DNA of 61,423 nt, the filler included, from Choristocarpus tenellus KU-1152 (taxonomy: Eukaryota; Protista; Phaeophyceae): assembly GCA_964200185.2 (NCBI GenBank). It is 10 parts of 10 records of this genome, joined end to end, with 100 filler letters (N's around TTAATTAATTAA, not from the genome) between each part and the next. Parts side by side here need not be neighbours in the genome. Positions count along the whole stretch, not along the records: positions 1 to 16,338 come from CAXNAD020000838.1; 9 more parts are not named here. The stretch is one strand, 5' to 3'. Shown piece by piece: positions 1-12,255 of this stretch. Position numbers and translations under genes: made by a program. The notes beneath the pieces were generated by a model. That model saw only the letters and a program-made list of their open reading frames with translations, searched no databases and was not told the DNA's origin. Every line of letters begins with the position of its first letter. Positions within the stretch are counted from its first letter, which is position 1.

Positions 1-43
1 TTTGGAAAAGAGGCCGGTGTTGGTTGGGAAGGGGCCCCTGTGT

Positions 44-220
44 AGGGGGGGGGGGGGGGGGGGGGGGGGTCTACCCCAGGGTGTCCATTTGGGCCCTGAC
101 GTGGAGAAGTGATCTTACATTACCCATCCAACGCATGAAACCAAATTCACCCAAAAATCACAACATGGAAAAATGGACCCCGAATGGACAGCCACCACGC
201 CCCCGAGATATTTTCAGTCA
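44..220 (+). mobile_element. MITE family A copy (left end degraded into poly-G at the contig start)
   Basis: Same internal sequence as the complete copies (ggtgtccatttgggcc...ccatccaacgcatgaaaccaaat...cgaatggacagcc) and ends in a degenerate TIR, cccccgagatattttcagtc. Confidence 0.8.
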
Positions 221-1401
221 GAGATCTTCCTACTTAAATGATAGACCAATACCCTTGTCTCCTCGAATTGCTGGTTTGGCAAATCTAGCGCCCCAGTTTT
301 TATGGTTGGAAAATCTGAGGTCATAAATTTGGGACAGTGATCTTCATTTTTGAGGAAAGTCGTGTTGCTCATCAATCGATGAGCAACTGCTACGGTCTTT
401 TTGAACTCAGGTTTGCTCGAAAAAAGTGGATGAAACACTGGATTGTTGACATAACACACTTGAGGAGTCAGTACTAATGTTGACTCATCAACTAATGGGT
501 GATACCTCTTCCAACATACTTCAAACATACTCAGGGTATAAAACCACCACTGTCTCAAGTCGTTGACCCTAGAAATTTTATTCTTCCTTGACCAAGCACG
601 ATATCAATCAATGTACAAGGTAACACAATATCAATAAACTTACAAGGTAACACCCGAATGGTCAAGTCCACTATAATCCTTGCTCTTCCACTTGGTATCT
701 CCAGCTATCTCTGCTTTACTCACTCTCCACACTTCATCTCTGTTCATACTCGGCCTTATTTCATCTCTCGATTTATCATGCTAGGGTTGCATGGGCCACT
801 TGGAACCGGCATTGTTTGTGACAAGTTGTTCAATCTCTCTGTTAGCAGACATTGAACACATCTTGGAAGGAGTAGTATCACTTCTTCATTTGCTGATCCA
901 TCATACAACTGATATGTTGCAATGCCTCTTCCCAAATAACTGTGGTATAGATAGACCCCATCTCTATCCAACGCAATATTTTTGTGCCAAGCTATCCATC
1001 CACACCTATCCACTCATCCCCCTATTCATCCACCACCAACCTTTTCTCCTCATTGAGATGTTTTGCCATGGCAACATCTCTCTGAAACTCACTTGGACAA
1101 TATCTTTTCCCCTGAACTGCAGCTCCCTTTTTCGTCTCATTGCCCTGGGTCCAGCAGGTACAAGGACTATCAGGTGGAACTTGCTAGCAGATGATATGTT
1201 AGTTATTAATAATTACAGAGGGTATGAGGTTCTTGCTTCATTAAGAAATGTCTGCAGCACATATGATGTGTCAGTATATCATACCTCACATTTTTTCATG
1301 TTTGAATTTAATTTGAGACATTCACATTGCCATACAAAAAATGGTGTCATGCCTATTTACCATGAAAATCCCAACATCCCAACATCCCAAATAGGCACTT
1401 G

Positions 1402-1444
<43 letters not shown>

Positions 1445-3826
1445 TTTTCAATCTGCAGAAGGGGCTGATAATAACCATTGCTAAATGTTTTGCACACTCT
1501 TTTTCCTGTGGTAGGAGTATTGTCTGGAAGTTTTAGGAGGGGACCAATACAGTTTTTACATCAAGATATTGCTCAAACACACATCTATGAAGGTGTCACT
1601 GGTGTTTTGCAAAGAGTTTTGGTCACATTTACTTCATCTTGATATCCCGTCCAAATTTCCTACCTCGTTCAAGACTTGAACTTTGCATCCCTGCACTCTA
1701 CACTTGCAGAAGTAAACCACATTTTACATGGGTATAACTGTGCCAGATTCTCTCTGATGTGGTTGCTTCAATGTGTTTGAAGGATGCATGGTGCATGGTG
1801 TGAAACAACTGCAACTCTCTCTGATACCCAAGAACAAAAATGTTGATTCATTTTTTTTGTAAAGACAGGGATGTAGCTTGTACTTGGATTGTTCTGTTAC
1901 CGCATCATAAGGGCATATTGTCGCCCTCTGGAGAGATACATGAAATGTTCTTGGAGAGATATATGAAATGTTCTCCTACAATAGCAATGCACCCACCTAC
2001 CCACCTTGAAAAGAGGATTTGCGATTGAATACTTCCAGCCTGGCAAACCTGACACACCACAGTATTTGCATTATTGAGTATAGTATATTATCAAGCAATG
2101 CTGCAGTCCCCATTTTACAGTAAATTCTAGGCAAGGATTAGCGGTGTATTGAAGGCTCGTGTCGAAATTGATGTACTACTTACACCAATGGAATGGATAA
2201 TACCACTCATTCAGTCTACAGGGTAAAATTTAACGTGCAGCACTTCTGTCGTTTGGTGATGAGAGCTGGTTAAAGTCTTGAGTGATATTTCATATCCGTA
2301 TGCTGCCATGATCTACTACTGAGAGGGGATGGCTACAAAGCATTAGCAGGTTAGAATCAGTTTCCCCGTGGGTTTTTGAGAGATGTTGATTTCATTGAAC
2401 TTATGAGTTTTGCATGATGATGAGCTTATGCCTACTGACTGTATAAGATGATATCCTTGCCTTGTGTGGGGTGTGTACCTGAAAGCTTGACGGTGCTGCT
2501 CCCTTGCTGCTACTTTCCTGGCCTGCCGCTGGTTTATTGATCTAATAGCACCACCTTTCCCCCCATCTCCTGCCTCAATATCAGCAGATGTCTCAACCCC
2601 TCCAATAACACCCCCTCCCCTCCACCAATCATCCACCTCTTCCCCCGTCCTTGCATCTCTTTCTCTTTTGAAATGTGTTGCAACACCTGACTCTGCCCCC
2701 AATGCTGAAAAATTATTTTTTTTCTTGTTGCTCTCGAACCAATGTCGGCGTTGTCGTGGGGTGGTATTGCTGGTTTTGTTTCTATTAGGAAGTATCGCGG
2801 ACTTACTGCTTTGCTCAGCAAGATCAGAATATAGCACGTCCCTACTGCCAACCTCTGCTCTCCTGTGATACTCTTCTCCCTGGCACCAATATCCATGGAG
2901 GTCATCCCCTTGGTGTCCTTGGGGGATTTCTCCTTGAATTTTAGATTCCTCTCCTTTTGCTGAACCTTCCTGAATGCAGGTGGAGGAAAGATGATGTGAC
3001 TGAAAGTTCAAACAAGAAATTGAAGGAAGGTTTAGGAACTCTAGTTTTGGATCAAGCAGAATTCGAGGAAGGAGTATACCAGAAGCTGCTGAAGACCTCA
3101 TCAATACAAGATAATGCTCACATGCAAAGATGCTTCAAGCATTCGTTTGACAATGGCTGAGGGAGGTTCTTCCACAGAAGAGATTGTACTCCTCAACTCT
3201 GGGTGGGATGTTTTGAAGGAAGCAGACCATGGCACAAGAGTTTTGGACAGGGTATTGCTATGCCTGATAAAAAAAGTCCCTTCTTGCCTGTAGAACTCTT
3301 TTTATTATTGCTGGAGTATAGGGCAAGTAACATTGTGTAACAGCTTGTAGTTTGAGTAAACCAAGAGGAATGACCTCACTATCAAAACTGAAGTCAATAC
3401 ATTTATCCCAATATATCTGTAACACATTTTCTTAGAGGGCACAATGCAGACATTCCACAATGCTGCAATTCCAGATCAATGAATGAAGCATTTTTCATTC
3501 CAGACAAGAATAACCTTCTGTTCCTTTCACCCTTGAAAGAGATTACTAGTCAGACATGTATTTATTAAAAAAGAAATGTTTGGATAGATGCCTTGTTTGC
3601 GGTTCTGGTGAGTTAGTGTACATTAATATCGTTGTGTGTGTGTGTGTGTGTGTATGTGTGTATGTGTGTATGTGTGTTTTGCGGTTATGAATACGAACAT
3701 CTATATGTAGTCCAAATATATACCTACCATGGGTTCACTTTTGATGACATTGGCAGAGCTGCTGTGATGATCTTCCGTCCACCATCTCCTTTGAATTCTG
3801 AACGGAGCAAGACAGCATTTGGGTAA

Positions 3827-3994
3827 AAACATTGATGTTCAAACATTGGTGTTCAAACATTGGTGTTCAAACATTGGTGTTCAAACATTGATGTTCAAAC
3901 ATTGATGTTCAAACATTGATGTTCAAACATTGGTGTTCAAACATTGATGTTCAAACATTGATGTTCAAACATTGATGTTCAAACATTGATGTTC
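3827..3994. repeat. Tandem minisatellite, 12 x 14 bp (AAACATTG[A/G]TGTTC)
   Basis: Head-to-tail units with no spacers. The core AACAT-TG-ATGTT is self-complementary. Confidence 0.95.
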
Positions 3995-4404
3995 TTGGTG
4001 AGGAAAGTTATCTGCACATTGATTGTCATTAATGCGACTGCTTCAACACAAACTCAATGGGTGAGCATTGGGGGAAGACAGTCCTCTATGGAGTACAACC
4101 AGGTGGTCCAGCAGTTGATCTTATCCAGGCAAAGGATGAAAGACATTTTAAAAAGTGAACAGTTAATTTTAACCCTTAACCTTTGTGCTAGTGTATCACT
4201 ATTGTGATTGCAGGGGTGACAGTGTTTAGGCTATGCCGGAGATGTTCTTCCCAAACAGGGTCCCAAATGCAGTATAGAAGTTGCCATCATAGGCTAAAAC
4301 GGTATGACTACTGTGAAAAAAAAAGATAACACTATGGAGCTTTGACAGTTTACCTTACAACACCATAGCAAACTGCTGATCCACCCAATATCTGGTCGGC
4401 AATC

Positions 4405-4479
4405 ATCTACAATTTGAATCTACAATTTGAATCTACCATTTGAATCTACATTTTAATCTACATTTTAATCTACAATTTA
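4405..4479. repeat. Degenerate 12-13 bp tandem repeat (AATCTACAATTTG)
   Basis: About six consecutive units visible directly. Confidence 0.8.
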
Positions 4480-4804
4480 GCCTCAAAATCAGCAACCCAA
4501 CGATTTCTTTGCTACTTTGGTACTATGCTCCCAACCAAAATTCCTTTGCATATGATCAAGAAGAACAATGTCATAATCATCATTTTTTTACAGTCTCAAT
4601 TCCATCAACTCCACGCATCTGCCACACATTTGTTTTGTACCTTTGTTTTGAGAGTTTTTGGTCCAGGGTTGATGAGATCTAACCTCACCTCTCGTAGTCT
4701 CTATCTGCATATGCTGCTGTTTCTATATGAGGAGGGACCTTGGATGGCATCCTCACAGAAGACATGCCCTTCGAGACATCACTCTGTACAGAGGTGGTTC
4801 AGAC

Positions 4805-5190
4805 ACAATTTATTTTGAATTACTGGTTAAATTTATATGGGCAATGCTTCCTTGCTTTAGTTTTAATGGTGGGGATATCTTAGAACCATCAGCAGGCATC
4901 GGTGTGTTTTTAGATAAAATGCCAAAATCTATATGTAATAATAGCACAATAGATGCCGTAGAAATAGATTTACTTACAAGCCAAATATTGTCAGCAAAAT
5001 ATGGTGATTTAAGTATTAGTTTACTGGATTTGAAATTTGAAATTTTGGCAATAAGCAATATGACTGCATCATATCAAATCCACCATATAGTAGTCAGATA
5101 GAAGAAGATATTTGCCACAAGGATATATCGCACCTTGCTATACATTTTAAATTTTAATTTAAAATAGCAAGTGTGTGCAAGAAAGTACAA
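4805..5190 (+). pseudogene. Decayed bacterial-type N6-adenine DNA methyltransferase fragment (methylase module of the methylase/SNF2-helicase, DarB/Eco57I-like type)
   Basis: AT-rich and intronless. One frame reads ELLVKFIWAML...GGDILEPSAGIGVFLDKMP...IDAVEIDLLTSQIL (SAM-binding motif I at ~4874-4903). After a frameshift near 5020 and an in-frame TGA it continues NFGNKQYDCIISNPPYSSQ...ISHLAIH, with catalytic NPPY at 5077-5088. Confidence 0.85.
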
Positions 5191-8100
5191 TCTAGGGGGG
5201 GGGAGGGGGGGGACACAACCAAGGGGATGAGATCATTAACACTAAAGTTTCCTCAGTTTTTTGTATCATGTGGGAAATAGAAAAGGTGGCAGCTAGGAAA
5301 ATGATGTGCTGATTCATTTGAGACTGAATATAGATGTTGCCTGTGTGGACAGATAACAAGCCGATTCGGACATAGTACAGAGCACATGCTATAAAATATG
5401 TAGACTTTCAATTGAAGGGAGCAGCCTATGCTCCTCGAGTTCAGATATACTGTACTTTGAACTTGATTCAAAGGACTATGCATTAACGGAGTATGTGCTG
5501 TCTTTCCCTGGTGCAAGGAAGCTCACAAGGACTGCGTTATTGCTTCATCTTCATTTCTCTTTCTTGTGTAGGTGTTTTGAAAAGCCCGGTTCTACTATGG
5601 CCCTACCAAGATACACCTCAAACCACAGTCTGTTGTAGACAAGGGGCGGTTATGTCCTAGTTGCTATTAGGTATCACTGACAACAATCAAGAACCAGGGT
5701 TCATGTTGGGGTAGTACTCATCCATGATTTGTATCCTGGAACATAATTTAATTCTGAATGCTCCTCAGTGTAGCTTGGATTGCTATATTAGCACTGAATA
5801 CTGAGCGGCTAGTAAGGTTTGGGGGGATTATGAGTCAGTCTCGAAAAAGATGTTTCTAGTATTATGCACTTGTCAGTTCAGTCAAGAACATTATAGTATA
5901 GCCCTATTCCAAACCCAATCCTGCAGTCTCAATGCCACCTTACAGGCCCTTGCGGAGCAATATTTCCACTGAAACGATAGTCCTATTGAAAACATATCTT
6001 ACCATTTTTTCAATTACTCATATAATTGAGGATCCCCCATCTATTCTTGCTGCAACCAGAATATTGTTCAATTTTGAGGTGTAGCTCAATTTATGTTCTC
6101 CTCCCCAAGCTTGAACCCTTTGCCCACAATCTGATAGTCCAAAGGACTCTTAGTGTAGTATTTCCTACCCCTATAAAGTAGTCATTTGCCTCTACTTCAT
6201 ATTTGATGTACAATTCATGGGGAAACAACAAGTCACGCAGTAGTTACTCCCTCTATAACTCACTGCTACTACCTCCATTTGCCAGAACACCAGCACACAC
6301 CAAATGTTACAAAGCACACATTTACCTTCCGCTCAAAATCTTCCATAGTGCTACAGCAGATTTATACAGCGGAGAAAATACAGTTTTTCCACATCATACT
6401 AAGCTTTATCCACTTTGTCCTTTCATATTTAGAAACCAGCACAGAAGATATTACAAATCCATTGTTCTCAAAATCACCTTGCGTAGTCTTCCACTTTATA
6501 TTTGTTCTAAGGTATTTGTAAAACTGTAAAATGTATTATGTCAGTGGTGAAAGAGTACAGAGGTAGCACCCTCTCCATCCAAACACAATCATCAATCACT
6601 CCGAAATGTTTGACAATAAAATTTCCTCTCATGTCAAATTGCTAATGCCCAAACCACTCATAAAAAAACTACACTATGATATGAGGTCAAATATAATTGT
6701 GAGGTTTGGGTATATTTAAACACACTACGATACATGTTGTGCTAAACAGCTCATCGTAAACCAAGCCCTAAAGTAGGCTGCACAAGCACCATATCATTGA
6801 CAGTTTTTGTCATCCTACCTTGCCACGTTTGTTTTCCCCTTCCACTTCTTTCTCACTTATTGATGTGGAAATATCCAATTCGGTGTGACCTTTCATTGTC
6901 CCAAGTGTTCCTCCAGCCCTGTTTGTCACTACTTCCTGAGAGTGTGCCCATGGTTGCCTCTCCCGACGCAATGCCATCTTCTCCTCAAGTTTCTTACAAT
7001 CTTCTCTGTGCTGCCTATGTGCCTCTGCCAGGACCTCTTCCTGATGCGCCTATAGCCAGCAGAAACATGGTAGCTAAGATGTGAGAATTCGATTGCGGTG
7101 CTCTACTTGATGCCGATGTCATTATTGAAGAGGGGCGATGGACAGAAAGATTACTTTTCTGCGATACTTTTTTTTTAACTTTTTTCTGGGACACGTCCCT
7201 TTTCAGGTTGTTCAACACACTATCTGCTAATTTGTTGACTTCTAATGTGTTGACTACCTCCAAGTATGTTAGTACAGCAAAATATTGTAAGATTTGCAAA
7301 ACCTGCTCGGACAAGTACAACATCTCCAAATCATAACAAGAACTGAATGGACTGCATTATGCGCCAAGTTCTGCATTATTATATTGCATGATCCTGTCGA
7401 ATTGTGAGGCACCACTATACCACCAAGGCAGTCAGTGGTGCAACTGCCGCTGTAAAAATCAACTGAAGGCCCTGGCAGCATAGTGATATATTGGTATTTG
7501 GCAATGCAATTTTTACCATCTGCTGCATCTTTGAAGATATATTTCCACAGGCTCGTGCCATCAGTGGCCATGCTTCTAGCTACAAGGGACTCCTAGTTGT
7601 CCATGACTCTTTTGTTTGACTCTTGTTATAGTTACTTGTAATGCATGCAGTTGGTCTGGATACCAAGGGGAGTGGGAGGGAATCACCCAAGTAAGAGGTG
7701 TATTCAATACTGGCCTGCTTGTGGTCGTTTTAATGGGATTATATGCTTGCTAAGATAGTCCTCACCCTAGTAACAATTTTCGATATGAACCTTTTGATGT
7801 ACATGCAGAGGAAATCTCAACCATTGGAAACATTAAACATCCCCTTGTGTGTATGGAGATGACATCGAATATGATTTGCACTATGACAGAAAGTCCAAAT
7901 TTCTAGATGCAATAGTGAGGTTTGTGAACTCGCACATGATGTTCTCAAACTGCTACTGTAGCAACCAAGTTGGATAATGTCAGTCCCCTTATTTTTTTCT
8001 TCTGCATGGATGTGTGCGGTACGCTGGCTCTAGTTGATACCTGTTCACATTTTTTATTTCAAGTGTTTGTGGTGTCCAAATGAGGTATCGTTGCTGGAAA

Positions 8101-9862
8101 GAACTTCCACAGACAGCAGCATGTGTACCTCAAGTACACAAAGTACCTCAAGTACACAAAATGCCCTCTCTCGTTAGTTGTAAAATTTGTCAACCCACCC
8201 TTGATGTATTAGGAAGGGGATACCTCAATACCAGACCAATCTGACTGCTCATATTACCCCGATGAGTTGATTGAGGAAAGGAACACACAAGGTGGGGAAT
8301 CCAAAATCAAAGTAGCTATTACACCTGGTCCGCTTCTCTAGCACGAGCCCTAGAAGTCCTCACCCTGTTGACTTGTCCCTGCCCAGATTGCTCCTGCATC
8401 TCAAAACAAACGTGGAAGGGGAGAGGTTGGTTTGTATTTTCTTCTACCCAAGAGTTCTCTTACCCCACAACAGTACAGGTTCTCCAATCAAACAACAGTG
8501 CAACTTTGAGCTAAAGGGATCTTAAGATCTGAAGACAAAGGCAACCCCTGGGAATATCTGGACCAATCACGTCACACTGTCTATTCTGTCAAATCTGTGG
8601 CAACGCCTCAGAAGTTGGAAAGCCTAAGCAAACTACTATTTCAATGCTTGTCCCTCTTCCAACACAGCCCTAAAACTACATACAATACATATCAAAGAGT
8701 TTGCAGCAGACACCTCAAGGCAGTGGAACCATGGCTCTATGGTGTGGCACAGACTTTTGATCAAACTCACATATCAGTATGAAACTTTGTTGTGATGTTG
8801 ATATTATGTTGTTTTCTTAGTGGTGACCTTCAAATAGTTGATTACATTGAAACAAACACCAGTGCATTTCACTGTACTGGGCAGTTACCATGTCCGCTGT
8901 TAGCCATATGGCCATATTATGCTGATAGTCGTGGTGATGTTGAAGTAGTGATGGCCATGGACTCGTTCATGTCAGAACATTTTAGCTATGGGTGGACAGG
9001 AAATATATTTATACACGGGTCGTCCATGCCATGGCCATGGTTCCACATCACCATTCTCTCTACTTGTACCTTGTATGCTATACTACTACTGAAAACACTT
9101 TATACTCGATACTAAGTACTCTATCATTAATAGTAGCTTGCTTTGTACTTCAATATATGTGTGTGCGTGTGTAGATTTTTTATAGTATTTTCTATTTTCT
9201 GATTACCAACTTTGGTAATAAGATATCTAACATTATTAGCATGTCATCAACTGGGTAGCAGTAGCTATTAAGAAATTTCCACATGTGCATGCCTCCTGAC
9301 ATTCTCATTGCACATACATATCGATGATGTGTTCTTCACTTTGTCAAACAAAGAACATCCAGAGGTGATTAGAAACAGTACTATCTATATGAACATACAA
9401 CTTAACCTTTGACTCTTTGCACATATTTTCAATTTTCGCATGGAGTCGCCAAACGAATTCAACAATTGGACTAGTACAACACATAGTGGACGTGGTCCAG
9501 ACATTCCAAGGATATTAGACCCAGTCCAGTCAGCAGATATGGACCAATAAAATACCCTAGTAGACATGGACTGGGGCATGTCAAATAACTGTGGGATCAA
9601 TCAGGCTGGTGGACAGGACTATTTCAATTTGCTTCCATGGTGAAGTACCCTGGTAAGAATGCTTGTGCAGTAGCATGTTCTGATGTGTCAAGAATTCAAA
9701 TTTGTTGCAAAATTTGTTAAGAAAACGTAAACAAAATCCGACATCAATTGCCAACATGCCTGATGCAAATAACCGTGTTTTTCAATCTCCATGCGTTTGA
9801 CATATCTTGAAACGTAACAAGATGTATATGCTTCATCATGGTGGTACATAACATTATGCTTT

Positions 9863-10360
9863 CAAAGTCATACTTTGTTGAGACTTTGGTAAATTCCTGA
9901 GTTACCAAGGAGGTAGTCAGTACGTTTTGTCCTTCTCAGTAGCTTAGGAGATTACTGAAGCTTCAACAAATGCTACTTCCAGGGCTTGCAAGCTGTTAGC
10001 CTCTACGATGACTCGACCAGGGGTTGTTATCCCTCAAATCAGGGACTACCTTTCTAATCAGGACAGTTAGCTACTGAAGAGGCAGTCGGCGCTAACTACC
10101 TTTTTGGTAGCTCAAGTGATTACCAAGTTTTCAACGAAAGCTACTTTCGTGGGTTTGATCCCCATCATGGTTACACATCTGCCAAAAGGATAACATCCCA
10201 CCAGGCCACAAATCCGCACTTTGGTAACTTACTAAATTATCCTGCCAAGAAACATAGCTCCTGATTAGAGGGATAGCAATCCTCTTGTGGGGAACCTAAT
10301 CAGGTCCTACTGCTTGGAACCCTGGAAGTAACTTTTGTCAAAACTTTAGTGATCTCCTGA
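9863..10360. repeat. Interleaved diverged inverted repeats A(9863-9944)/A'(10069-10149) and B(9944-10048)/B'(10255-10360)
   Basis: Aligned by eye. The reverse complement of 10255-10360 (tcaggagatcactaaagttttgacaaaagttacttccaggg...gctatccctctaatcaggagcta) matches 9944-10048. The reverse complement of 10069-10149 matches 9863-9944. Confidence 0.75.
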
Positions 10361-11266
10361 GAGCCCAAGAAATTGAAAGGCAGGCAGAGTTGTATTTGAA
10401 GGATCTCGAGAAATAGCAAAAATATGTCATTTTGTGCAAGTATTGCAAAAAGAGCATTTGCTTAATTATGGTTTCACCTTGTGCGTGGAAAGGGGGAATA
10501 TCAATAGTGAGTACGCACCTTTGTCCACATAAAGCAATGAAATAGGGTGTATTGTACAGGGTAGCAAAGATGGCTTAGACTGCAAAGGGAACAAACCTGC
10601 CTATCTCTCCATTGCTTTGACTTTGAGTTACTGAGAAGACAGTCACCTCTGACTACTCTTCCACATGCCAGGGGATTAATGTAAGATTACAAAACGTAAT
10701 TCAGACTACTACATCTCTATTGGACACACTACTGGACAAGAGTGTGTACAACCTGCAAAATGATATTGGCTATTGCCAGAAAGGGAGTGGTGAAGGAAGT
10801 GCACAGAAAAGCGGACAGAGTTCAATGGTTTGATTGGACAGGTAAGACACATAATAAATATGTTTGCAATATTTCAGATCAAGATCAATTTTCTTTAGCT
10901 TCCAGGGTGTCAACACCGGAAAATACCTTCGAGTCATCCTGATACTGCGCACCAACTGAAAACATGTCGCCCTCTCTAGTCTCTAGGGCTCTATCTCCTC
11001 GATTGTTTCCACCCCTGGCCCTTCTTCCTGCACCCAAGCCCAGGTCTTCCTCAATGCGCTGTTTTATTGATGCTGCCGCCTTCCTCCTCTCCCTGAACTC
11101 TGCTAAGACAGCAGAGTTCCGTCCAACTGAATCTGCTTCTTGACCCCTCTGTTGAGTGGGTGTGGAAGTGGTAGCAGAGATTCACTTGGTTCTTGACATG
11201 AGTTGTGGCATTTCCACATTCTTTATCACAGATTGTAGGTCTGACACTCTGAGGGTGGCAAGTTGA

Positions 11267-11448
11267 GGCTCAAAGTATATGGGGGGAAGTGGCTGCTATC
11301 CATTTGGGGTCAATATTTTCATGTCACGATTTTTGTGTGATTTGGTTCCATTCGTCGGATGGATAATGTAAATTCACTTTTTCTCATTTTGGACCAAATG
11401 GACACCCTGGTGTAGACAGTCCCCCTCCCCTCCCAGATACTTTGGGTC
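11267..11448 (-). mobile_element. Complete MITE family A copy (182 bp), PIF/Harbinger-like
   Basis: TIRs ggctcaaagtatatgggggg ... ctcccagatactttgggtc. Inner inverted motif tccatttgg/ccaaatgga. Flanked by TGA at 11264-11266 and 11449-11451 (3-bp TSD). Confidence 0.88.
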
Positions 11449-12083
11449 TGAAATGGAAACCAGGCTTCCAACTATGGTTCAGATGGAAACAATGGAGGCA
11501 AAAACACCTATGGTCCACTTCACAACCATGCAGGCACATGATGTACATAATGCCACCTGTCTTTCTCACTGCCACAAAGAGTCAAAGTAAGCAAGAGGTA
11601 CCCAGGTTTTTATTGTTTTGCATTATAAGCCAGATATTCAATCTTTTGCAATTCATCCATATTTCTACAGATGAAGTGCTTAGTTTGACTTGAGAGTGTT
11701 TTAGAGGATTTCTCTATCGTTTGAAAATTTTCCACAGATTTAAGAAAATAATCCATACACATTTTACAAAAGGTCCAAATATTGCACATTTGTCAGTATC
11801 CTCAGAAATGCAACCTTGGGTACCTCTCTTCTACTCTTGCTCACACACACATTATCGCACTTTATATGTGAATGACATCATTGGAACCTGTCCTCAACTC
11901 TACAAAACCCATGACAGCCAACCCCCAAGAAACTTCCCTCAACCCTGGTCAACCCTGACTCCAAGCACTTCTTGTTCCCTTGCAAGTTTCGTTACCACTT
12001 GTTTGGTGTGTTTCTGACACTCTGTTCCACTCCTTTGCCCAGGTTGAAAATTGGTGTTTTTCCTTTGGATGCGTGACGACTGG

Positions 12084-12255
12084 AGCATGAAGATAATAGC
12101 AACGTTTGTAAGAGATCAGCATGAAGATAATAGCAATGTTTGTAAGAGATCAGCATGAAGATAATAGCAACGTTTGTAAGAGATCAGCATGAAGATAATA
12201 GCAACGTTTGTAAGAGATCAGTATGAAGATAATAGCAACGTTTGTAAGAGATCAG
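12084..12255. repeat. Tandem minisatellite, 5 x 34 bp (AGCATGAAGATAATAGCAACGTTTGTAAGAGATC)
   Basis: Near-identical head-to-tail units with no spacers. Confidence 0.95.

Noticed and set aside
791-1402. 203-aa plus-strand ORF, and the 253-aa ORFs at 2343-3104 and 13171-13932
   Set aside because: No recognisable motifs, atypical composition, and some cross poly-G tracts. Likely shadow frames or chance ORFs in decayed repeats.
7015-7571. Possible hAT transposase C-terminal dimerisation relic on the minus strand (LWKYIF...KYQYITML...TTDC...SQFDRI)
   Set aside because: Similarity requires several frameshifts and the ERxFS motif is not readable. Too weak to call without an HMM search.
12084-12255. 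CRISPR-like repeat length (34 bp); likewise the 36-bp repeats at 22301-22484 and 14-bp palindromic units at 3827-3994
   Set aside because: Units are directly head-to-tail with no unique spacers, there are no cas genes and the context is eukaryotic. These are minisatellites.
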